Source: an uncultured Bacillota bacterium
GTDB lineage: Bacteria > Bacillota_I > Bacilli_A > ML615J-28 > CAG-313
DNA length: 32,080 bases
Assembly (NCBI GenBank): GCA_900317575.1
Contig: ONHH01000024.1
Coordinates: forward strand, 1-32,080
Reading direction: 5' to 3'
Shown here: one piece after another, positions 20,785-30,000 of the stretch
How positions within the stretch are numbered: position 1 is the first letter of the stretch
How the letters are laid out: each line of letters opens with the position of its first letter
Notes under the pieces: generated by a model
Told to the model about the DNA's origin: nothing
Databases searched by the model: none
Seen by the model: the letters and a program-made list of their open reading frames with translations, nothing else
Translations under genes and position numbers: made by a program

Positions 20785-23076
20785 TTACTTTTTTCTTCTA
20801 ATAACAAACGCTAGTAATGTAGATGCAGTTAATAAACCAACAATTAATTCTGCATTTTTCTTTCCACATTTTTTAGTTTTTTCAGGAGCTGGGGCTGGAG
20901 TATCAGGTGTTTCAGGAGCTTTTTGCATTTCATAATGTAGAACTGAACTTTCTAATTTAGTTCCTTTAAATACAAGAACTAATTTTATATCATAAGAATT
21001 CTTTGTAAAATCTAGACCAGTTACATCAACACTACCAGTTCTTGCGGTTAAAACTTGATATTCAGCACCATTTAAAGATATATATGCTTTTTCAACTACT
21101 CTATCTGGGTCAGAATATTTATATGAAATAGTTACACTATTATCTGTTTTAGAACTTTCACTAAAATTACTAATAGTTGGTAATTCATAATCAGTTGTAT
21201 GTAATATTAATTCTTCTGTACTACCACTAAATGTCTTTTTGCTTACAGGATCATATATATCATATGTAAAATAGTATGGATATTCTTGATCATATAATAA
21301 GTCAGTTGCAGTATATTCAGCAGCACTACCCATATTAAATGTTTGATCACCTAAATGAATTACAATATTAGATATATTTTCAGCATAATCTGTATTACAT
21401 TTTACAAATGTAGCTGATGTCTTACTAACAGATTTTAATTCTACTGTTTCAGTTGGGAATACATAAGCACCAGTTTTAAAAGTCTTATTAAATGATGATT
21501 TTTTAGTTTGGCCATTAATAGTAATATCATATTTAATATTTAATTCATATTCAGTCTTTTCATCTAAACCATCTAATACTAATTCACTATCATTAAAATC
21601 ATATTCTTTTCCTAATAGGCCTACTTTAATATTAGATATTGTAGCATTACCTGCAACACTTGCTTTAGTTAATTTAACAGAATGATATGTAATATTGCTA
21701 TCTAAGCATTGAACACCTGGATCTCTAATTACAAAGAATAGATAACTAAAGTTTTCTCTTGGTAATTCTGGCTTTCCTGAATCTTTAGGGAAATTAGTTA
21801 CCTTAAATGATCCATCTGAATTTCTAACCATGGCAGTTACAGATCCACCACCATCCATTTGATACATATCTTGAACACCATAATATTCTGCTAAAGCATT
21901 ACATTCTGTCCAAGTCATACCAAATGAACCAAGTGATGTTACATAGTCAGCAGTTAATAATACATATGTACCATCTGCTTTTCTACCGAATAATGCTCTT
22001 GAATAATGGTTAGTATCATATGACGCCGTTGTTGAATTATCAATACCATTTACACGATGACATGAATGATATCCTATTGCTTCTTCAACTTTATTCATTG
22101 CTTCATTTGCAAAATATTGTTCAACTTTAATTCTTTTTCCATTAGACAAAGCACTAATAACTTCTGGATTAGATGTTTCAACAGCAAATTGTCCTTTAGT
22201 TAATGTATAAGATGTAAGTGTATCATTTGATATATATCCTTTTGCAAAAATTGTATTAGTATTATAATGTCCAGGATAATATTCATCATCACCATTTTGA
22301 TACATACTCATAAATGCAGTTTCTGCATTTTCAACAATAAATAGTTTATTAGTTGTTGATACAGGTTGATCTTCAGCAACCTGAGAAAGTCTCTTACTGA
22401 AGTGGAAACACCAAACACTTGTGCCGTTTGCACTAGCATTTTTATTTAATGCTTCAACTGGGAATGTTTTTAATACCGTATTATTTTCATCTATAACACT
22501 TAATACATATCCTCCAGCTCCTTCTGAAGATACAAAACTATTAACAGAGCCATCATTTGTAAAACCAATTACACTAGTTGCATTACCAGTTGCACTAACA
22601 GTAAATAATTTATCACCATTAGAAACCATTGGATAATATGGTGAAGGTTCCATTATTGCTGATCCATCTAATCCTAAATCTGTACCAAATTTAAAGAAAT
22701 ATTGGTCAGCATTAATTCCACTTACAACAATCCAGCCAGGATTTTTTGCTTCATAATCTTTTGCGGCTTGAATGATATTCTTTCTTACATATGATGAACT
22801 ATCCTTTTGAACAGCCCAATTGACTAATTTTGATGAAAAGCCATCAGTCTTCATTGCAAAAGCATTAATGAATTGTCCATAATTTGCGCCTTTTGTTGTA
22901 GTTGTAGCTTTAACAATTTGATGATCAACTCCATAAACCACTTCTTTTTCAACATTATTAATTGTTAAAGTACTTGTGCCAGTACTATCACTGACAGAGT
23001 CTGCTTTAAAATTAACAAGATTAAAAGAAGCTACCATAATAGCAAATGCTATTATTGCAAACAAAACTTTTTTCAT
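20785..23076 (-). CDS. Secreted phosphodiester glycosidase-family (NAGPA/DUF2233-like) protein with FN3-like stalk, Pro-rich linker and KKCGKK-TM-basic C-terminal tail (paralog 1)
   Basis: Signal peptide MKKVLFAIIAFAIMVASFNLVNFKA; GINADQYF, SRALFGRKADGTYVLLT, GMTWTE and MYQMDGGGSVT motifs; FN3-like GLDEKTEYEL and DLLYDQEY. Confidence 0.82.
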   Translation of the reverse strand: MKKVLFAIIAFAIMVASFNLVNFKADSVSDSTGTSTLTINNVEKEVVYGVDHQIVKATTTTKGANYGQFINAFAMKTDGFSSKLVNWAVQKDSSSYVRKNIIQAAKDYEAKNPGWIVVSGINADQYFFKFGTDLGLDGSAIMEPSPYYPMVSNGDKLFTVSATGNATSVIGFTNDGSVNSFVSSEGAGGYVLSVIDENNTVLKTFPVEALNKNASANGTSVWCFHFSKRLSQVAEDQPVSTTNKLFIVENAETAFMSMYQNGDDEYYPGHYNTNTIFAKGYISNDTLTSYTLTKGQFAVETSNPEVISALSNGKRIKVEQYFANEAMNKVEEAIGYHSCHRVNGIDNSTTASYDTNHYSRALFGRKADGTYVLLTADYVTSLGSFGMTWTECNALAEYYGVQDMYQMDGGGSVTAMVRNSDGSFKVTNFPKDSGKPELPRENFSYLFFVIRDPGVQCLDSNITYHSVKLTKASVAGNATISNIKVGLLGKEYDFNDSELVLDGLDEKTEYELNIKYDITINGQTKKSSFNKTFKTGAYVFPTETVELKSVSKTSATFVKCNTDYAENISNIVIHLGDQTFNMGSAAEYTATDLLYDQEYPYYFTYDIYDPVSKKTFSGSTEELILHTTDYELPTISNFSESSKTDNSVTISYKYSDPDRVVEKAYISLNGAEYQVLTARTGSVDVTGLDFTKNSYDIKLVLVFKGTKLESSVLHYEMQKAPETPDTPAPAPEKTKKCGKKNAELIVGLLTASTLLAFVIRRKK

Positions 23077-23087
23077 TTAATCCTCCT

Positions 23088-23966
23088 CTATTTATTATAT
23101 TTTCCTAATTTTTTCTCTTTATAATCATCTTTTGCTTTATCAATCATTATGAATTTATCACGGTAATTCTTATCTCTTGTTCTAATTTCTTTTCTTTCTT
23201 GATGAGCAAGTTTCTTATCAATTTTAATATACTCTGGATCAATATATTTATATTCATCCCATAAATAATATCTATTTCTGGTTTCATAATATAAATCCAT
23301 TATATCTCTTTCATAAGCTTTTAAGGTAATAAATAATAGTTTTCTTGATATTGTACGATAGTTTTGATTTCTAAAAGCACAGTTTTGTGCTAATACTACA
23401 TCATATCCTAGGTTTCTAATTCTTAAACAGTATTCATAATCAAAAGTAGTTTGATAGTATTCAGTTTTAATGAAGGGACTTTCTTTATATATATGTAAAT
23501 TTAATAACGCACCTAATAATCGACATCCTTTAATAGTTCTATATGCTTCAGATTTTCTTTCATGAATCTCACATGCTAAAAGGGGCATAGGAGTTAAAAT
23601 GGCTAATTTTGATAAGTCAGAAGTAGCTAAATATTTCTTTAATTCAGAAAATACACTCTCCTCATAGAAATATCCAGGACGTATATAAGTAACAAAATCA
23701 GCATTTTCTTGTATAGATTTATTAACTAATTCTTGATAAATCTCTGCTTCCCCATATCCATATGCATCTACATATTCAATTTTTTGTGATGCATTTATGC
23801 TAGAAATAAACTTTTTAATATCTGATTTTGTCTGATTATATATATATAATTTATCTAAATGTGGTAAATATGTAGCAAGATTATCTAAATATTGTTTAAT
23901 GTCTTCATCAGAATAAATAGGTCTATCAACAAAATATCCAGCATATATTCTCAATTCTAAAGCCAT
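23088..23966 (-). CDS. Glycosyltransferase family 2, rhamnosyltransferase-like, with degenerate nucleotide-sugar site
   Basis: C-terminal half matches the RfbF-type pattern (GALLNL..., FDYEYCLRIRNLGYDV, YYETRNRYYL). The N-terminal VDN and DQD motifs are replaced by YNQ and RPG. Confidence 0.7.
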   Translation of the reverse strand: MALELRIYAGYFVDRPIYSDEDIKQYLDNLATYLPHLDKLYIYNQTKSDIKKFISSINASQKIEYVDAYGYGEAEIYQELVNKSIQENADFVTYIRPGYFYEESVFSELKKYLATSDLSKLAILTPMPLLACEIHERKSEAYRTIKGCRLLGALLNLHIYKESPFIKTEYYQTTFDYEYCLRIRNLGYDVVLAQNCAFRNQNYRTISRKLLFITLKAYERDIMDLYYETRNRYYLWDEYKYIDPEYIKIDKKLAHQERKEIRTRDKNYRDKFIMIDKAKDDYKEKKLGKYNK

Positions 23967-23969
23967 ATT

Positions 23970-25940
23970 TTAACCTACTTGATTTTCTAATTCTACTAAT
24001 TTATTATAATTTGTAACAAGACTCTTACCTTGATTTGAAATAGTATTATATAAATTTCTTGCGTATGAAACAGTTGTTTTATTAACTACTGCTCTAGCTG
24101 TAGTTAAATTATATATATACATTTCTGTCATTTCAATCTTTTGTTGATCAACAAATTGCTCATTAACTATCCATTTAGCATATAGAACTTTATTATTTCC
24201 TATCTCTGTAACTGCACTTCCATTACATTCTGGATTATCATACCATCCACCAAATGTATATCCTCTAAGATGAATATTGGAATTAATATCAGTAAAATTA
24301 TTAACAACACATGCACAATTTTGAAACATATCAATCATTCTACGAGATTGAACATAAGAAGTTTCATCAGTAAAGTAGAAGAATTTACCAATATCTACTG
24401 TTGGAGCCCATGCTTCAGCAAATAAATCAGCTCCATAATTATTTAAACTTGCATATCCTTCATCTAATCTCCAATAAGCAAAGAACAAATAAATAAATGG
24501 TAAAAAGTCTGTATATAAATTATTAATATTGCAGAAACCTAAGAAATAATCTTCTGTTTGGTTATCATATATACCATTGATATCTTTTTGAAGTAGATAT
24601 TCTCCCGCAATATCACCTATTGCTCTCATTTCTCCTCTTCCATAATTATAATCGCCTGCTAGACTAATAAATGATTCAAGACTATTAATCTTATTATCAA
24701 TTAAATCGTTCTTTAGTGGGTGATTCATTGAAATGAAAAAGTAAAAATCTGTAAAGAATGCTTTAAATAATTGTTCTCTAGATGTATAAATACCTTGATT
24801 TAATCCATTAGAGAATATATATTTAACTTCATCTTTATCATTATTGATGAAATTTAATAGATATTCTAGTTTTCCATGATATGCTACAGATTTAGTATTT
24901 TCATCTAAATTATTATATTCTCTTTCTAATTCTAGAATTCTATCCTTATTAACAAACTCAGTTCCAACTTGAATACTCATTACTTCTTTATTAAATGGAG
25001 CTGCCGTAAGTATTGCTTCTCTATATAAAGCATCAATACGTCCTTTAAGTACTTCATAATTAGAATAATTAGTAATATAACCTTTTAATTCATTAGACAA
25101 TTTATTATATTTTTTATCAATATCGTTAGTTTTATATATATCACTAGCAATAATTGAATCTTGATTTAATAATTCATTGATTAAATCACTAACTTCTTTA
25201 GCTGGTTTTAATGTGTTTGTTTTCTTTTTTGCAGCATCTAATTTATCAAAATTTGTTATTTTTAGTCTCTTTGATGGTTTTAACGATAAATATTCATCAT
25301 ATACTTCATTAATTAAATCAAAGTCATCAAAGCTAATTTCATCAGGTAATGAATCAATTCTTTGAATTACATATTCAACATTATATTCATATTCTGCAAA
25401 TAATTCTACAGTAGAATTTTCATTAATTTTAATTGTAGATGGATTAATTGTTGTACCATCACTATCACACCATCTCAAAAATGAACAGTTTAATTTAACA
25501 GGATCAGGTAAATTTATTGATTCAAAATTTAATTGCTTTAATAATTCTTTATCAATTGATCCTTTATTTAAATTAAGTTTTATTTCTTTTTGAGTAATAA
25601 AAGTTTGTATTACTGGACTAATAGTTATATTTTTATCAGTCTTTATAGGACTAACTAATTCTTTTCCTGATTCATCAATCCACTTTACAAATATATATTT
25701 ATTATTTCTTTGAATTACACTTGTATAATCTTCTTTTTCATCAACAATTATATCATTGATATATATAGTATTCTCTGTAACAGTTGGAAGTTCAAATGAT
25801 TTATTCTTTTCAACTATTAATTCACTATTATATTGAAATCCATATTCATTTTCAGCAAATGTAATTGTGTAAGTTTGCTTTTTACATGCACTAAACACAA
25901 GTAAAAATAATAATAAAACACCTATAATTATTTTTTTCAT
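23970..25940 (-). CDS. Surface lipoprotein with InlB B-repeat-like units and helical repeats, 656 aa
   Basis: Lipobox FSA-C19; B-repeat-like RGYTFGGWYDN...VLYAKW and LPDPVKLNCSFLRW...LFAEY; repeated Y..L......(I/V)TN(Y/F)..L helical units. Confidence 0.8.
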   Translation of the reverse strand: MKKIIIGVLLLFLLVFSACKKQTYTITFAENEYGFQYNSELIVEKNKSFELPTVTENTIYINDIIVDEKEDYTSVIQRNNKYIFVKWIDESGKELVSPIKTDKNITISPVIQTFITQKEIKLNLNKGSIDKELLKQLNFESINLPDPVKLNCSFLRWCDSDGTTINPSTIKINENSTVELFAEYEYNVEYVIQRIDSLPDEISFDDFDLINEVYDEYLSLKPSKRLKITNFDKLDAAKKKTNTLKPAKEVSDLINELLNQDSIIASDIYKTNDIDKKYNKLSNELKGYITNYSNYEVLKGRIDALYREAILTAAPFNKEVMSIQVGTEFVNKDRILELEREYNNLDENTKSVAYHGKLEYLLNFINNDKDEVKYIFSNGLNQGIYTSREQLFKAFFTDFYFFISMNHPLKNDLIDNKINSLESFISLAGDYNYGRGEMRAIGDIAGEYLLQKDINGIYDNQTEDYFLGFCNINNLYTDFLPFIYLFFAYWRLDEGYASLNNYGADLFAEAWAPTVDIGKFFYFTDETSYVQSRRMIDMFQNCACVVNNFTDINSNIHLRGYTFGGWYDNPECNGSAVTEIGNNKVLYAKWIVNEQFVDQQKIEMTEMYIYNLTTARAVVNKTTVSYARNLYNTISNQGKSLVTNYNKLVELENQVG

Positions 25941-26021
25941 TTAGATAAGTCCTCTTTTCACAATTATATTTTATCATATTTTTTTATTAATTGTTTTTTG
26001 ATTAATAATATTTTATTGATT

Positions 26022-26057
26022 AAATAAAAAAAGTGTTTTAGAAATATCTAAAACACT
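26022..26057 (-). terminator. Intrinsic terminator after fba
   Basis: Stem AGTGTTTTAGA (26032-42)/TCTAAAACACT (26047-57), 4-nt loop, minus-strand U-tract. Confidence 0.85.
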
Positions 26058-26068
26058 ATATTTATTTA

Positions 26069-26944
26069 TTATTCAGCTTTACCATAAGAGCCGAATGCTT
26101 TTAATAATTCAGTTACTTTTTCTTCAATTGCTTGACAGCCAGGTTTTAATAATTTTCTTGGATCAAAACCTTTTGCAGCTTTGTCTAAATCTTTACCAGC
26201 TTCGAAATATGTTCTTGTTCCAGCAGCAAATGCAAGTTGTAAATCAGTATTAATATTTACTTTACTTACGCCTCTTTCAATTGCACCTCTTACCATATCA
26301 AATGGAATACCAGTTCCACCATGTAAAACAAGTGGTTTACCAGATGTTGCTTTTTGGATTTCTTCTAATAAATCAAGATTTAATCCTTTCCAATCAGCAG
26401 GATATATACCATGAATATTTCCAATACCTGCAGCTAAGAAATCAACACCTAATTCAGAAATAATTTTACATTCTTTAGGATCAGCTTGTTCACCAGCACT
26501 TGTTACACCATCTTCTGAGCCACCAATTCCACCTACTTCACATTCTACTGAAATACCTTTTGAATGTGCAAGTGCAATGATTTCTTTTGATTTTTCTAAA
26601 TTTTCTTCAAATGGATAATGTGAACCATCAAACATTACAGATGTATAACCAGCTTCAATAGCTTTTTTTGCACCTTCATATGTACCATGATCTAAGTGTA
26701 ATGCTACTGGAACAGTAATTCCTAGAAATTCTACAATGTTTTCTACCATATTTGCAACGGTTTTGAAGCCACACATATATTTGTTAGCTCCTTCACTTAC
26801 TTCAAGAATAACTGGTGCTTTTGCTTTTTCGCATGCAGTTAAGATTGATTTAGTCCATTCTAAATTATTAATGTTAAATGCACAGATAGCATAATGTCCT
26901 TCATGTGCTTTATTAATCATTTCTGTTGCGCTTACTAATGCCAT
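26069..26944 (-). CDS. fba: Class II fructose-1,6-bisphosphate aldolase
   Basis: AFNINNLEW, VPVALHLDHG, SVMFDGSH, GNIHG, LVLHGGTG, KVNINTD and DPRK motifs. Confidence 0.96.
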   Translation of the reverse strand: MALVSATEMINKAHEGHYAICAFNINNLEWTKSILTACEKAKAPVILEVSEGANKYMCGFKTVANMVENIVEFLGITVPVALHLDHGTYEGAKKAIEAGYTSVMFDGSHYPFEENLEKSKEIIALAHSKGISVECEVGGIGGSEDGVTSAGEQADPKECKIISELGVDFLAAGIGNIHGIYPADWKGLNLDLLEEIQKATSGKPLVLHGGTGIPFDMVRGAIERGVSKVNINTDLQLAFAAGTRTYFEAGKDLDKAAKGFDPRKLLKPGCQAIEEKVTELLKAFGSYGKAE

Positions 26945-26973
26945 ATTTTTATTTCTCCTTTTTTTACCCTCGT

Positions 26974-26982
26974 ATTATATCA
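26974..26982 (-). promoter_or_regulatory. Extended -10 promoter element for fba
   Basis: TGATATAAT about 30 nt upstream of the fba ATG and its AAGGAG SD; no clear -35. Confidence 0.5.
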
Positions 26983-27023
26983 TAATTTAATATTGATAGA
27001 CTTTAATTTGCTTTTGAAAACAT

Positions 27024-30000
27024 TTAACTAATTTTTATATTTTCTAGAAATTTTGTTAAGATATATATATAATTTTCTTTTAATTTTCTTGGGTCGAATC
27101 TTACTCTAAATTTCTTATCAACAAAATCATAATCAAAACTCTTAGATATTTCTTTCATTTCTTTAGTTGGATTTGAATATTGAATTCTTGGAGTAGTATA
27201 TTCATCAAAAATAAATTCTACTTTAGTTTCGCTATCGCTAAATAGTTCTACTCCTTTAGATTTAAGTAAAAATTCTAAATACTTTTCTTCAATATATAAT
27301 CTTAAATTTTCATCAATTGTACCATATCTATCAGTAAATTCAGTTATTAACTCATTAATCTTTTCTCTTGAAGTTATACGATTTATCTTTTTATGCATTT
27401 CAATTCTTAATGCATCATCACTAACATAATTAACATCAATATGTTTATTAACTAAAACATTAAAATACCTGCTATTATCTTCTTCTTTAACAACACCTTT
27501 TAATTCATCAATTGATTCATTTAATAATTTTGTATATAAATCAATACCAATGGAATCAATAAATCCTGATTGCTCATCACCTAAAATGTTTCCTGCTCCT
27601 CTTATCGCAAGATCTCTTGTTGCAATCTTATATCCACTACCTAAAGATGTAAATTCTTTAATTGCTTCAAGACGTTTTACAGCTGTAGTAGTAATAGTTT
27701 TATTGGGATTATACATTAAATATGCATAAGATAATCTATCGCTTCTTCCAATTCTTCCTCGAATTTGATATAACTGACTTAGTCCTAGCATATCTGCTCT
27801 TTCAATAATTAGAGTATTTGCGTTAGGTATATCAATTCCCGTCTCAATAATAGTAGTACATACTAGAACGTTATATATATTATCTAAGAAATTTACTAAT
27901 TCATTTTCAATGACTGTTTTATCCATTTGGCCATGAATAACACCAATTGTAGCGTCAGGACACAATTTTTTTATCTTATCTACTGTTCTATCTATTTGAT
28001 CTATTCGATTCAATAAATAGAATACTTGTCCATGACGTCCTATTTCTCTATTGATTGCGTCTCTAATAACTGAATCATTTTCTTCAATTACATATGTTTG
28101 TATAGGTAATCTGTTTTGTGGAGGTGTATCAATAATGGATAAATCCTTTAATCCTGATAGAGCCATTTGTAGAGTACGAGGAATAGGCGTTGCAGTAAGT
28201 GTTAACACATCAACATTTGCTTTAATTTCTTTAATTTTTTCTTTATGAGTTACACCAAATCTTTGTTCCTCATCAATAATTAATAAACCTAAGTTTTTAA
28301 ATTCAATATCTTTAGACAAGATACGATGTGTGCCAATAATTATATCAACATATCCACTTTTTAGACCTTTTATTATTTCTGTTTGTTTCTTTCGTGGTAC
28401 AAATCGATTAATTAATTCAACTCGAACACCATATTTTTCAAAACGTTCTTTAAAAGTGAAGAAATGTTGACGAGTAAGAATAGTTGTAGGAGCTAAATAT
28501 GCAACTTGTTTATTACTTAAAACAGCTTTAAAAGCAGCACGCATAGCCACTTCAGTTTTACCAAAACCTACATCACCACAGATAAGTCTATCTACAGGCT
28601 TTTCAGATTCCATATCTTTTTTAACTTCTTCTATTGCTCTTAATTGATCTGCAGTTTCTTGATAATTAAAGTCATTTTCAAATTGTATTTGTTCTTCAGT
28701 ATCTTTAGAATATATATATCCTTTTCTTAATTCTCTTTCTGCTTGAACTTTTATTAACTTTTTAGCAAGATCAATAACCTTTTCCTTTATAGCTGCTCGC
28801 TTTTTCTTCCATTCTTTTCCATTTAGAGAATTAAGCTTTGGTACATGATCACTATTATTTATATATTTCTCAATTAAATAGATGTTTTCAATTGGTACAT
28901 ATAGTTTTCCATCTTCCGCAAATTGAATATATAGATAATCATTCATCTTTCCGCGTACTTCTTTTGTTACTATTCCATTATAAATACCAATTCCATAGTC
29001 TTGATGAACTACATAATCACCTTTATTTATTTCATCTTTATTATATATTTGTTGACTATTAGCATAAAATTTTTGATATTTTGATCTATTTTGCGCATGT
29101 CCCGGAGCATATTCATATGGGGTAATAACTGATAGATTCATCTCTAAATCAGTGAAACCATATATATCACTAGAAATAATTAATTGAATTCTTTTAGAAT
29201 TATCGTTTTCTAAACATATATCTAATTCATTGGATTTAAAAATTGTAATTAAATAATCTAATCCTTTTTGATCAAATGCTGTAATAATATATTTTCTATC
29301 CACATTAATCTTTATTTCATCGATAACTAATTTCATATTATTGTTATATTCAAAACTATTTACAGTCTTAAAATCAATTAAATCTAACAATTTAACTTTT
29401 GAAATGTTAGTTAATGTCTTAGATAGATAGATATTTATATCAGCTAAGTTCATTGTTGAAGTAACATCATTATAGAAATTCTTATCAAATTTAAAATTAA
29501 TGCTCTTATAATAATTAATCATTTCTTCATAATTATAATTATAATGCTTAATAATTTGATCAATATTCTCATAAACAACAATAGCTTTATCAAATAATTC
29601 TAAAAAACATATATATTTTTCATCAATAATTGGCAAATAACAATATAATTGATCTATTGAAGAATAATCATTAATCTTGTTTATATCTTTTTCAACTTTA
29701 CTTGATTCTCCATATTTCTTTTGAATCTTATCAATTATTTTATCTTTATCTTTTTGATCATAATAAATATCATATAACGGGAAAATAATTAATTCAGTTA
29801 ATTTATCAACACTCATTTGTGTTGATATATCTATTTTTTTAATAGTTTCTATTTCATTATCAAAAAAATTAATTCTAAATGCGCTGTCTCCATTAATAGG
29901 ATATATATCAATAAGACTTCCTCTTACGCTAAATGAACCCATTTCTTCGGTTACTGCGGCTTTTTGATATCCTCTCTCATATAATTTATTGACTACTTCA

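Noticed and set aside
1497-29062. All plus-strand ORFs in the track (60-131 aa)
   Set aside because: They are antisense shadows of well-supported minus-strand genes, with no recognisable motifs.
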